Shown here piece by piece: positions 24,656 through 37,680 of a DNA stretch of 64,000 bases (positions are counted from its first letter, which is position 1; the number at the start of each line of letters is the position of its first letter). The notes beneath the pieces are model-generated. The model ran no database searches. It was not told the DNA's origin and was given only the letters and a program-made list of their open reading frames with translations. Origin of the DNA: Mustelus asterias (taxonomy: Eukaryota); contig NW_027590147.1 in assembly GCF_964213995.1 (NCBI RefSeq), positions 1 through 64,000 of the forward strand. Reading direction: 5' to 3'. Made by a program: the position numbers and the translations under genes.

Positions 24656-27600
24656 CCAGAGTGAGAAACAGGAGAGATTTTTTGCAGGAGTGCTGGGGTA
24701 AGAGATCGACTTTTAAAATACTTTTAATTTAAAAAATAATACTTTTAATTTTAGTTTAAATTACTTTTTCGCGGGTGTTTTAAAAAAAAATAGAAACTTT
24801 GAACTCTAACCCAGAAGTAGGCCACTGGGTGTTGTGGGAAGTGTCCAAATTTTTCTTCAGCGCGCGCGAGATATATACATATGCCGCACTATTAAGCGGG
24901 CAGCGGAGTGAGCAAGGAGCAGAGTGAGAGCTGACGGGCTTTGGCTCATCGGGCTTCGGCGTAAACAGGCAGAGGTGCTGTAGGTTTAGACAGTTTTTCC
25001 TGTGTCATTGGAAGAAAGGGGGAATTATGAGTGTGAGGCCAGTTTGTTGTTCTCACTGTCGGATGTGGGAGGTCCTGGAGTCAGCTAGCCTCCCGGACGT
25101 CCATATCTGCGCCAGGTGTGTCGAGCTGCAGCTCCTCAGGGACCACGTTGGGGAACAGGGACTGCAGCTCAATGACCTTCGTCTGGTGAGGGAGAATGAG
25201 GAAGTGATAGATAGGAGTTACAGGCAGGTGGTCACACCGAGGCCACGGGAGACAGACAAGTGGGTCACGGTTAGGAAGGGGAAGGGGAAAGGTCAGGTAC
25301 TAGAGAGTACCCCAGTGGCTGTGCCCCTTAAAAATAAGTACTCCTGTTTAAGTACTGTTGGCGGGAGCAGCCTACCTGGGGGAAGCAACAGTGGCCGTGC
25401 CTCTGGCGCACAGTCCGGCCCGGCAGCTCAGAAGGGTAGGGAAAGGGAGGATGAGCAAACTGACCACCGCACCAAGGTATAGGGAACCATCCAAGTTGGG
25501 GGAGAAACAAAGAATTTAGTAGAAATTGGGGATAGTACACTTTTGGATGCTGTTTGGGGGGATGACTTAGCAGGGGAAAGCCATGGGGTACAGGTCACTG
25601 GCTCAGAGTCTGTCCTTGTGGCTAAGAAGGGAAGGGGGGAGAGGAATAGAGGATTAGGCACTGGGGACTCCATAGTTAAAGGGACGGATAGGAGATTCTG
25701 CGGGAACGAGAGAGAATCGCGGTTGGTGTGTTGCCTCCCAGGAGCCAGAGTCCACGATGTCTCGGATCGTGTTTTCAAAATCCTTAAGGGGGAGGGGGAC
25801 CAGCCCCAAGTTGTGGTTCACAAAGGCACTCAAGACATAGGTAGGAAAAGGGATGGGGATGTAAGGCAGAAATTCAGGGAGTTAGGGTGGAAGCTTAGGG
25901 CTAGAACATAAAAAGTTGTTATCTCTGGTTTGTTACACGTGCCACGTGATAGTGAGGGGAGGAAGAGGGAGAGAGAGCAGTTGAACACGTGATTACAGGG
26001 ATGGTGCAAGAGGGAGGGTTTCAGATACCTGGACAATTGGGGCTCTTTCTGGGGTAGGTGGGACCTCTACAAACAGGATGGTCTGCACATGAACCAGAGG
26101 GATACCAATATCTTAGGGGGAAATTTGCTAATGTTCTTCGGGAGGGTTTAAACTAATTTAGCAGGGGGTGGGTACCTGAATTGTAGCTCCAGTGTACAGG
26201 AGGTTGAGAGTTGTGAGGTCATGGATGAGGTTGCAAGGTCGTAGGAGCATACTGGCAGGCAGGAAGGTGGTTTGACGTGTGCATACTTCAACGCCAGGAG
26301 CATCCGGAATAAGGTGGGTGAGCTTGCAGCATGTGTTGGTACCTGGGATTTTGATATTGTGGCCATCTCGGAGACATGAATAGAGCAGGGACAGGAATGG
26401 TTGTTGCAGGTTCCAGGGTTTAGATGTTTCAGTAAGTGCAGGGAAGGTGGTAAAAGAGGGGGAGGTGTGGCATTGTTAGTCACGGACAGTATTACGGTAG
26501 CAGAAAGGACATTTGATGAAGACTCGTCTACTGAGATAGTTTGGGCTGAGGTTAGAAACAGGAAAGGAGAGGTCACCCGGTTGGGAGTTTTTTATAGACC
26601 TCCGAAAAGTTGCAGAGATGTAGAGGAAAAGATTGCAAAGATGATTCTGGATAGGAGCGGAAGTAACAGGGTAGTTGCACTGGGGGACTTTAACTTTACA
26701 AATATTGACTGGAAAAGCTATAGTTCGAGTACTTTAGAGGGGTCAGTTTTTGTCCAATGTGTGCAGGAAGGCTTCCTGACGCAGTATGTAGATTGACCAA
26801 CAAGAGGCGAGGCCACATTGGATTTGGTACTGGGTAATGAACCAGGCCAGGTGTTAGATTTGGAGGTAGGTGAGCACTTTGGTGACAGTGACCACAATTC
26901 GATTACGTTTACCTGAGCAATGGAAAAGGAGAGATATATACCAAAGGGCAAGAGTTAAAGCTGAGGGAAAGGAAATTATGATGCGATTAGGCGAGATTTA
27001 GCTGGCCTAGGTTGGGGAAGGAAATTGCAGGGGATGGGCACAATTGTAATGTGGAACTTGTTCAAGGAACAGCTACAACGTGTCCTTAATAAATATAGAC
27101 CTGTCAGGCAGGGAGAAGTAGAGGTGTGAGGGAAACGTGGTTTACTAAGCAGGTTGAATCTCTTGTGAAGAGGAAGAAGGAAACTTATGTTAAGATGAGA
27201 CGTGAAGGCTCAGTTAGTGCCCTTGAGAATTACAAGTTAGCCAGGAAAGACCTAAAGAAAAGTTAAGAAGAGCCAGGAGGGGACATGAGAAGTCTTTGGC
27301 AGGTAGGATCAAGGAAAACCTTAAAGCTTTCTATAGGTATGTCGGGAGTAAAAGAATGACCAGCGTAAGATTAGGGCCAGTCAAAGACAGTAGTGGGAAG
27401 TTGTGCGTGGAGTCTGAAGAGATAGGAGAGGCACTAAATGAATATGTTTCGTCGGTATTCACACTGGAGAGGGACAGTGTTGTCGAGGGGAGTACTGAGA
27501 TGCAGGCTGTTGGACAGGATGGGATTGAGGTTCATAAGGAGGAGGTGGTAGCAATTCTGGAAAGGGTTAAAATAGCTACGTCCCCTGGACCGGATGGGGT

Positions 27601-29135
27601 TTATCCTAGGATTCTCTGGGAGGCTAGAGAGGAGATTGCAGAGCCTTTGGCTTTGATCTTTGTGTCGTCATTGTCTACAGGAACAGTGCCAGAAGACTGG
27701 AGGACAGCAAATGTCATCCCCTTGTTCAAGAAGGGGAGCAGGGACAACCCTGGTAATCATAGACTGGTGAGCCTTACTTCTGTTGTGGGCAAAGTATTGG
27801 AAAGGATTATAAGAGATAGGATTTATAATCACCTAGAAAGGAATAATTTGATTAGGGATAGTCAGCACGGTTTTGTGAAGGGTAGGTCGTGCCTCACAAA
27901 CCTTATTGAGTTCTTTGAGAAGGTAACCAAAGAGGTGGATGAGGGTAAAGCGGTTGATGTGGTGTATATGGATTTCAGCAAAGCGTTTGATAAGGTTCCC
28001 CATGGTAAGCTTTTGCAGAAAATAAGGACACATGTGATTGAGGATGATTTAGTGGTTTGGATCAGGAATTGGCTAGCTGGAAGAAAACAGAGGGTGGTGG
28101 TTGATGGGAAATATTCATCCTGGAGTTCAGTTACTCGTGGTGTTCCGCAAGGATCTGTTTGGGGGCCTCTGCTGTTTGTCATTTTTATTAATGACCTGGA
28201 TGAGGGCGTGGAAGGATGGATTAATAAATTTGCGGATGACACTAAAGTCGGTGGAGTTGTTGACAGTGCAGAGGGAAGTGGCAGGTTACAGAGGGACATA
28301 GATAAGCTGCAGAGCTGGGCTGAGAGGTGGCAAATGGAGTTTATTGTGATAAAGTGTGAGATGATTCACTTTGGAAGGAGTAACAGGAATACAGAGTACT
28401 GGGCTAATGGTAAGATACTTGGTAATGTGGATGAACAGAGGGATCTGGGTGTCCATGTGCACAGATCCCTGAAAGTTGGCACCCAGGTTGATAGGGTTGT
28501 TAAGAAGGCGTATGGTGTGTTCGCTTTTATTGGTAGAGGGATTGAGTTTCGGAACCAAGAGGTCATGCTGCAACTGTACAAAACTCTGGTGCGGTCGCAC
28601 TTGGAGTATTGCGTACAGTTCTGGTCGCCACATTATAGGAAAGATGTGGAAGTGTTGGAAAGGGTGCAGAGGAGATTTACCAGGATGTTGCCTGGTATGG
28701 TGGGAAAATCGTATGAGGAAAGGCTGAGGGGCTTGCGGTTGTTTTCGTTAGAGAGAAGAAGGTTAAGAGGTGACTTAATAGAGGCATAGAAGATGATCAG
28801 AGGATTAGATAGGGTGGATAGTGAGAGCCTTTTTCCTCTGATGGTGATGGCTAGCACGAGGGGACATAGCTTTAAATTGAGGGGTGAGAGATATAAGACA
28901 GATGTTAGACGTAGGTTCCTTACTCAGAGTAGTAAGGGCGTGGAATGCCCTGCTGCAGCAGTAGTGGACTCGTCAACATTAAGGGCATTCAAATGGTTAT
29001 TGGATAAACATATGGGTGATATTGGAATAGTGTAGATTAGAGGGGCTTTAGATTGGTTTCACTGGTCGGCGCAACATCGAAGGCCGAAGGGCCTGTACTG
29101 TGCTGTAATGCTCTATGTTCTATATTCTATGTTCT
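24656..29135 (+). mobile_element. Full-length decayed CR1 (5'UTR, ORF1, ORF2) nested in the host CR1
   Basis: ORF1 zinc finger CSHC..HICARC plus esterase-like GDSIVKG; APE and RT with several stops; (TTCTATG)n tail. Confidence 0.92.
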
Positions 29136-30859
29136 AAGTAGGGGAGATCCTAAATGAATACATTGTGTCGGTATTCACAAAGGAGACAGATGTGTTAACT
29201 GGGAGTGTCTCGGACGGGAGTGTTGACCGTTAGAGAAAATCTCCATTACAAGGGAGGAAGTATTAGTTTTTTTAGGGAATAAAATGACTGACAAATCCCC
29301 AGGGCCCGATGGAATCTATCCAAGGCTGCACAGGGAGACGAGAGATGAAATCGCTGGGCCTCTGACGCAAATCTTTGACTCGTCACTGGACACAGGTGAG
29401 GTCCCAGAGGATAGCTAATGTGGTCCCGTTATTTCAGAAGGGTAGGAAGGATAACCCGGGTAATTATAGGCCGGTGAGCTTGACGTCCGTGGTCGGGAAG
29501 TTGTTGGAGAGGATTCTTAGAGATAGGATGTATGCGCATTTAGAAAGGGATAAACTCATTAACGATAGTCAGCATGGTTTTGTGAGAGGGAGGTCATGCC
29601 TCACTAACCTGGTGGAGTTTTTTGAAGAAGTGACTAGAATGGTTGACGAGCGAAGGGCCGTGGATGTCGTCTATATGGACTTTAGTAAAGCATTTGACAA
29701 AGTCCCTCATGGTAGGTTGGTGCAAAAGGTTGGATCTCATGGGGTAAAGGGGGAGGTGGCTAGATGGGTGGAGAACTGGCTTAGTCACAGAAGGCAGAGG
29801 GTGGTAGTGGAAGGGTCTTTTTCCCGGCTGGATGCCTGTGACTAGTGGTGTTCCGCAGGGCTCTGTATTGGAACCTCTGCTGTTTGTGATTTATATAAAC
29901 GATCTGGAAGAAGGTGTAACTGGGGTGATCACTAAGTTTGCAGACGACACGAAATTGGCTGGACTTGCAGATAGTGAGGAACATTGTCAGAGGCTGCAGA
30001 AGGATATAGATAGGCTGGCAATGGCAGATGGAGTTCAATCCAGATAAATGCAAAGTGATGCATTTTGGTAGAACTAACATAGGGGAGAGCTGTACGATAA
30101 ATGGCAGAACCATAAAGGGTGTAGAGACGCAGAGGGACCTGGGTGTGCAAGTCCACAGATCTTTGAAGGTGACGTCACAGGTGGAGAAGGTGGTGAAGAA
30201 GGCATATGGCATGCTGGCCTTTATAAGACGGGGCATAGAGTATAAAAGTTGGGGTCTGATTTTGCAGTTGTATAGAACGTTGGTTCGGCCGCATTTGGAA
30301 TACTGCGCCCAGTTCTGGTCGCCACACTACCAGAAGGACGTGGAGGCTTTAGAGAGAGTGCAGAGGAGGTTTACCAGGATGTTGCCTGGTATGGAAGGGC
30401 TTAGTTCTGAGGAGAGATTGAGTAAACTGGGGTTGTTCTCAGTGGAAAGACGGAGGATGCGGGGAGACCTAATAGTGGTGTATAAAATTATGAAAGGCAT
30501 TGTTGCGTCATTGCGTCTTGGAAGTGCAGCAGAGAGGGAGAGATTCGCGAGTGGAGTGCTGCGGGTAAGCGCTGTTATTTTTAACTTACTTTTTCGCGGG
30601 TTTTTTCTTTAAAAATATCTAAACCCGGAAGTGGTCGCGCAGGGAGGTCTGGGAGAGAGAGATTTTTTTTTTCCCCAATAAATTGGAACAGAGAGGAATC
30701 CCGATACTCTACACTTGTAGAGTATCCCACCCTCCCTCCTCCTCTAACCTAAAAAAAAAGACCCAGTGAGAGCAGGGCTTTGGAGAAAACAGGAGGAGGA
30801 AAGGTAAGTTTAAAATTTTCATTCACTTTTTTTTTCCCTGTGTGTTTAAAGGGGCAATT

Positions 30860-31777
30860 ATGAGTGTGAGGCCAGTATGTTGTTCCCAATGTAGGATGTG
30901 GGAGGTCCTGGAGGCTCCTAGCCTCCCGGACGACCATATCTGTGCTGGGTGTGTTGAGCTGCGGTTCCTAAGGGACCATGTTAGGGAACTGGAATTGCAG
31001 CTCGAGGACCTTCGCCGGGTTAGGGATAGTGAGGAGGTCATTGACAGGAGCTATCAGCAGGTGGTCACACCGGGACCACGGGAGGAGGGTAACTGGGTAA
31101 CAGTGAGGAAGGAGAAAGCTCAGTTGATGGTGAGCACCCCGGTGGATGTGCCCCTTAATAATAAGTACTCCTGTCTGAGTACTACTGGGGTGGACAGCCC
31201 ACCTGGGGGAAGCAGCGGTGGCAGTGTCTCAGGAGCTGAGCCTGGCCCAGTAGTGCAAAAGGGTAAGGAAAGGAGGGTAGTGCTAATTGGGGACTCTACG
31301 GTGAGGGGGTCAGATAGGCGTTTTTGCGGACACAGACGGGACTCTCGGATGGTGGTTTGTCTCCCTGGTGCAGGGGTCCGGGATGTCTCTGGTCGAGTCC
31401 CAGAAATCCTGAAGGGGGAGGGAGAGGAGCCGAAGGTCGTGATGCATATAGGTACTGCTGACATAGGTAGGAAGAGGGAAGGGGTCATGAAAAGAGAATA
31501 TAGGGAGTTAGGTAGACAGCTGAGAAAGAGGAATGCAAAGGTAGTAATCTCGGGATTGCTGCCTGTGCCGCGGGAGAGTGAGAACAGGAATCGGTGGAGA
31601 ATGAATGCGTGGCTGAGGGACTGGAGCAAGGGACAAGGATTTGGGTACTTGGATCATTGGGACCTCTTTAGGGGCAGGTGTGACCTGTTTAAAAAAGACG
31701 GGTGGCACTTGAATCCCAGGGGGACCAATATCCTGGCGGGAAGGTTGGCTAAGGCTACTGGAGAGACTTTAAACTAG
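30860..31777 (+). CDS. CR1 ORF1p (zinc finger, coiled coil, SGNH esterase-like domain)
   Basis: MSVRPVCCSQC...HICAGC, LELQLEDL heptads, IGDSTVRG, HIGT and DGWHLN motifs; open frame. Confidence 0.88.
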   Translation: MSVRPVCCSQCRMWEVLEAPSLPDDHICAGCVELRFLRDHVRELELQLEDLRRVRDSEEVIDRSYQQVVTPGPREEGNWVTVRKEKAQLMVSTPVDVPLNNKYSCLSTTGVDSPPGGSSGGSVSGAEPGPVVQKGKERRVVLIGDSTVRGSDRRFCGHRRDSRMVVCLPGAGVRDVSGRVPEILKGEGEEPKVVMHIGTADIGRKREGVMKREYRELGRQLRKRNAKVVISGLLPVPRESENRNRWRMNAWLRDWSKGQGFGYLDHWDLFRGRCDLFKKDGWHLNPRGTNILAGRLAKATGETLN

Positions 31778-31782
31778 AAAGG

Positions 31783-34698
31783 TTGGGGGGAGGGAATCGA
31801 AATGAGGGGACTGAGAGCGAGGAGGTTAGCTCGCAAATAGATAAGGAATGTAAACAGGGTAAGAGGGAGGTTAGACGAGTGATGGAGAAGGGAAGTGCTC
31901 AGGCTGAAGGTCTGAGATGTGTCTATTTTAATGCCAGGAGTGTAGTGAATAAAGTGGATGAGCTTAGAGCGTGGATTGCTGCTTCGAATTGTGATGTGGT
32001 GGCCATTACGGAGACTTGGATGTCTCAGGGACAGGACTGGGTGCTTCAGGTGCCGGGTTTTAGATGTTTCAGGAAGGACAGGGAGGGAGGCAAGAGAGGG
32101 GGGGGGGGAGTGGCACTGTTGATCAGGGATAGTGTCACGGCTGTAGAGAAGGTGGACGCCGTGGAGGGATTGACTACGGAGTCTCTGTGGGTGGAGGTTA
32201 GGAACAGGAAGGGGTCGGTAACGTTGCTGGGTGTTTTCTATAGGCCGCCCAATAGTAACAGAGATGTTGAGGAGCAGATGGGGAAACAGATCCTGGAGAG
32301 ATGTAGGAATAACAGAGTTGTCATGATGGGAGATTTTAATTTCCCAAACATAGATTGGAATATCCCTAGGGCTAGGGGTTTGGATGGAGAGGAGTTTGTT
32401 AGGTGTGTCCAGGAGAGTTTCCTGACACAGTATGTGGATAAGCCTACTAGAGGAGAGGCTGTACTTGATCTGGTGCTGGCTAATGAACCTGGACAGGTGG
32501 AGGATCTCTCGGTGGGTGAGCATCTTGGGGATAGCGATCATAATTCTATCTCCTTCACGATAGCATTGGAAAGAGATAGGATCAGGCAGGCTAGGAAAGT
32601 GTTTCTCTGGAGTAAAGGGAAATACAGTGTCATCAGGGAGGAAATTAGACGGGTAAATTGGAAGGAGGCATTCTTGGGGAAAAGTACCGAAGGAAAGTGG
32701 AGGATTTTCAAGGAATGTTTGTCTGGAGCTCTGCATGACAACGTTCCGATGAGACAGGGGGGTGTTGGTAGGGTACGGGAACCGTGGTGCACGAAGGTTG
32801 TGATGAACCTGGTGAATAAGAAAAGAGAGGCGTACAGAAGGTTCAGAGAGCTAGGAGGTGTTAAGGATTTAGAGGAGTATACGGGATGTAGGAAGGAGCT
32901 TAAGAAGGAAATTAGGAGAGCGAGAAGGGGTCATGAGAAGGCCTTGGCGGGTAAGATTAAGGAGAATCCCAAGGCTTTCTACAAATATGTCAAGAGTAAA
33001 AGGATGAGATGTGAAGGCATATGACCCTTAAAAGGTGAAGGGAGAAAAGTTTGTGCGGAACCGTTAGAAATGGCGGAGCTGCTTAATGAATACTTTACCT
33101 CGGTATTCACGGTGGAAAGGGATCTGGGTGGTTGTACTGCTGGTGTGCGGTGGACAGAAAGGATCGAGCATGTGGACATAAAGAAAGAGGATGTGTTGGA
33201 ACTATTGAATGGCATCAAGGTTGGTAAGTCGCCGGGACCGGATGGGATGTACCCCAGGTTACTGTGGGAGGCGAGGGAGGAGATTGTGGAGCCTTTGGCG
33301 ATGATCTTTGCATCGTCGATGGAGATGGGAGAGGTTCCGGAGGATTGGAGGATTGCAGATGTGGTCCCTATATTCAAGAAAGGGAACAGGGACAGCCCGG
33401 GAAATTACCGACCAGTGAGTCTAACCTCAGTGGTTGGTAAGTTGATGGAGAGGATCCTGAGAGACAGGATTTATGATCATCTAGAGAAGTTTAGTATGAT
33501 CAAGAGTAGTCAGCACGGCTTTGTCAAGGGCAGGTCGTGCCTTACGAGCCTGGTTGAGTTCTTTGAAAATGTGACCAAACACATTGACGAAGGAAGAGCG
33601 GTGGATGTGGTCTATATGGACTTCAGCAAGGCGTTCGATAAGGTCCCCCATGCAAGACTTCTTGAGAAAGTGAGAGGGCATGGGATCCAAGGGGCTGTTG
33701 CCTTGTGGATCCAGAACTGGCTTGCCTGCAGAAGGCAGAGAGTGGCTGTGGAGGGGTCTTTCTCTGCATGGAGGTCAGTGACCAGTGGAGTGCCCCAGGG
33801 ATCTGTTCTGGGACCCTTGCTGTTTGTCATTTTCATAAATGACCTGGATGAGGAAGTGGAGGGATGGGTTGGTAAGTTTGCTGACGACACCAAGGTAGGT
33901 GGTGTTGTGGATAGTTTGGAGGGATGTCAGAAGTTGCAGCGAGACATAGATAGAATGCAAGACTGGGCGGAGAAGTGGCAGATGGACTTCAACCCGGATA
34001 AGTGTGTGGTGATCCATTTTGGCAGATCCAATGGGATGAAGCAGCAGTATAATATGAAGGGTACCATTCTTAGCAGTGTAGAGGATCAGAAGGACCTTGG
34101 GGTCCGGGTCCATAGGACTCTTAAATCGGCCTCGCAGGTGGAGGATGCGGTCAAGAAGGCGTACGGCGTACTGGCCTTCATTAATCGAGGGATTGAGTTT
34201 AGGAGTCGGGAGATAATGCTGCAGCTTTATAGGACCCTGGTTAGACCCCACTTGGAGTACTGCGCGCAGTTCTGGTCACCTCATTACAGGAAAGATGTTG
34301 AAGCCATTGAAAGGGTGCAGAGGAGATTTACAAGGATGTTGCCTGGATTGGGGGGCATGCCTTATGAGGATAGGTTGAGGGAGCTTGGTCTCTTCTCCCT
34401 GGAGAGACGAAGGATGAGAGGTGACCTGATAGAGGTTTACAAGATGTTGAGAGGTCTGGATAGGGTAGACTCTCAGAGGCTATTTCCAAGGGCTGAAATG
34501 GTTGCTACGAGAGGACACAGGTTTAAGGTGCTGGGGGGTAGGTACAGAGGAAATGTCAGGGGTAAGTTTTTCACTCAGAGGGTGGTGGGTGAGTGGAATC
34601 GGCTGACGTCGGTGGTGGTGGAGGCAAACACGTTGGGGTCTTTTAAGAGACTTCTGGATGAGTACATGGGATTTAATGGGATTGAGGGCTATAGATAG
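31783..34698 (+). pseudogene. CR1 ORF2 (APE + RT) with a single nonsense codon
   Basis: ORFs 31783-33024 and 33070-34698 are in the same frame, separated only by TGA in EGI*PLK. Confidence 0.9.
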
Positions 34699-36869
34699 GC
34701 CTAGAGGTGGGGATGTGATCGGCGCAACTTGTGGGCCGAAGGGCCTGTTTGTGCTGTGGCTTTCTATGTTCTATGTTCATAGATAGGGTGAACGGTGGGA
34801 AGCTTTTTCCCAGGTCGGTTGTGACGTTCACGAGGGGTCATAGGTTCAAGGTAAGGGGGGCGGGAGGTTTGACACGGATATCAGGAGGACGTATTTTACA
34901 CAGAGGGTGGTGGAGGCCTGGAATGCGCTGCCGGGCAAGGTAGTGGAGGCGGACACACTGGTAACGTTTAAGAATTATCAAGATAGCCACATGAACGGAG
35001 TGGGAATGGAGGAATACAAAATAATGGTCCAGTTGGGACCAGGGAGCGGCGCGGGCTTGGAGGGCCGAAGGGCCTGTTCCTGTGCTGTATTGTTCTTTAG
35101 GGGCACTATCAAAAGGCCAAAACTGTAGAAACAGCAGATTGAACAATAACACAGTTTGGAGACGCCAGAGATGATGAGAAGAGCATCCATCGAAGGATTT
35201 GATGAGAAGTAGGTGAATCGTGATGTTTAACTCGAAGCCAAATGTTTTTGGTTTTACTTATTATCTCATGGGGTGAGGGCTTCACTGACAACCCTAAGTG
35301 CCCTGAATTGAATGGATTGTTTAAAGTTATTCATCAGTGTCACAGGTAGGCTTACATTCACCCTGCAATGAAGTTACTGTGAAAATCTCTTAGTTGCCAC
35401 ACTGTGGTGCCTGTTCGGGTACCCTGAGGGACAATTGAGCATGGCCAATGCACCTAACCAGCACGTCTTTCAGACTGTGGGAGGAAACCGGATAATTGTT
35501 CGATTATTCCAGATGGCAAGCCATTGCTGTGCATCTGGAGTCAGACCAGGTAAGCTTGGTTGTATGTTATCCAGCCTCAAAACGTGGCTTCTCTCCACAG
35601 ATGCCATCAGACCTGCTGGGATTTTCCAGAATTTTCTGCTTTTGGTTTGAGCCTGGAGGACCCTTAATCAGAACTGGCGAAGGGTCATCGAGACTCGAAA
35701 CATTTGAACTATTCGCTCCTCACTGATGCTGTCAGAGCTGATGAGATTTTCTAGCATTTTCTGTTTGTGTTGAGGAAGTTCTGCAATGTCACTCATCCAT
35801 GTTTAGACGTATCAAATAATCTGTCTTGTCTGATGGGCGTTTAATGTCCCATGGCTGATTTGAAAGGAGAGCTGTCGAGTTAGTCAAAGAGTCGTAAATT
35901 TTTATAGACCTTCGGCCTATCTTGTCTGTGCTAGCTATCAAACATATATCCATTCCAATCACATCTTCCAGCTCTTGATCAATAGCCTTGTAAATAAGGC
36001 GTGTCAGGTGGTCATCAAAATGGTTCTTTCATAGCTTAAAAATCCTGGGGGCAACCATTGACCAGAAACCTTTACGAGTCAACCAAATTGCTGTGTTTCT
36101 GGAGTCACATTAAGGCACATTTCCTTCCCTAAAAGGGCATTAGTAAACAAGATGGGTTTTGACAACAATCGACAATGGTTCATTAGATATTTTTATTGAC
36201 TTCAAATTTCATCATCAGCCTTGTTCGGATTTGAACTTGGATACCCGTTCGTATCAGTAACCCAGGTGCCTGAGTTGCTTATCTCGTGACAAAACCAGTG
36301 GGCTACCAACTGCCCATGTCCCAATATTGAAATCCCACAACCATCAATGAGCGGACACATGTTGTTAGCTCAGAATGAGATCAGAAATGGAGAAGTCCAA
36401 AGTGGTGCTATTCCTATAAACCTTCTGTTCCGCCAGGATGGGAGATTCCATCACTCAACCTCTTTTTCGACATATTTCCACCTCCCTGCAATTGAGACAT
36501 AATATTTACAATATTGACATTGTAAATACTGAACGTACTCCCCTTTGAAAGTCACTATGGAACTGGCTCCCCCACTCTAACTAAATCGCTCCTGAACCAC
36601 TCGAAAAGAGTGCAAATCATTTAAATCTGCGTGATTTTGGCACCTGCCTTCCTGACAATGAAATTGTCTCTCCTTGAATATTCCATATAAATACTAATTT
36701 GGATGGCGAATATACTGTGTCAGCTCAGCTTCTCCAGACTCCACACATAACTGCAGGATGTTGTCCTTACACAGCTTTGCTCTGAAGGCGGAGACATGGA
36801 TGGGTGTTGGATGCTTTCTGAGGGCTAACGTTCGTTGAGAATGGAATATATTCAAGGTGTTCATTATTC

Positions 36870-37680
36870 TCGACACGAGTGCCCCGCAAGACTGTGTCCT
36901 CAGTCCCTTACTTTACTCCTTATACACCTAAGATTCTGTGGCCAAATTCGACTCAAGCTCGATTTCCAACTTTGCTGTGATGCCACTGTCGTAGCGCGGA
37001 TCGCAGACAATGATTAGACAGAGCATAGGAAAGATTTAGAGAATTTGGTGAATTGGTGCGACGCCAATAATCTGTCCCTCAGTGTCAACAAAACAAATGA
37101 TCTCGTCATCGACTTCAGGAAGCGTGGTGGAAGACACGCCCTTGTCTACATCAACGGAATGAAGTGGAAATGCTCAAGAGCTTCAGGTTTCTCGGTGTCC
37201 AGATCACCAACAACCCGTCTTATCCCTCCACGCCGAGGCTGCAGTTAAAAAAGCCCACCAACGCCTTCACTTTCTCAAGAGGCTAAGGAAATTCGGCATG
37301 TCCGCTGCGACTCTTACCAACCTTTAGAGGTGCACCATAGAAAGTATCATTTCTGGCTGCATCACGGCTTGGTATGGCTCCTGCTCTGTCCAAGACCGCA
37401 AGAAACTACAAAGGATTCTGAACGAAGCCCAGTTCATCACGCGAACCAGCCTCCCATCCATTGACTCTGTCTACACTTCCCACTGCCTCGGCAAAGCAGC
37501 CGGCATAATCAAGGACCACACGCACCCAGGGCATTCTGTCTTGCACCTTCTTCCGTTGAGAAAAGATATAAAAGTCTGAGGTTGCGTATCAACCGTCTCA
37601 AAAACAGCTTCTTCCTTGCTGCTGTCAGACTCTTGAATGGACCTAACTCATATTAAGTTGACATTTCGCTACAACCTGCG
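36870..37680 (+). mobile_element. Decayed Rex1/Babar-like LINE RT fragment
   Basis: PQDCVLSPLLYSLYT-like motif and LVNWCDANNLSLSVNKT..LVIDFRK, typical of that clade. Confidence 0.7.

Larger units (their letters stand above)
30501..34777 (+). mobile_element. Full-length near-intact CR1 nested in the host CR1
   Basis: 5'UTR, intact ORF1, and ORF2 with one in-frame TGA at 33022-33024; CAT duplicated at both ends. Confidence 0.95.
23820..35100 (+). mobile_element. Host CR1 element in three pieces (23820-24655, 29136-30500, 34778-35100)
   Basis: ORF2 reads through when the inserts are removed: GAGCCCAAAG|AAGTAGGGGAGATC (EPKEVGEILNEY) and AAAGGCAT|AGATAGGGTG (KGIDRV). Confidence 0.88.

Noticed and set aside
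1427-34251. Long antisense ORFs over CR1 elements (e.g. 1427-1864, 27862-28299, 31774-32736)
   Set aside because: Shadow frames of CR1 ORF1/ORF2 with no independent protein signature.
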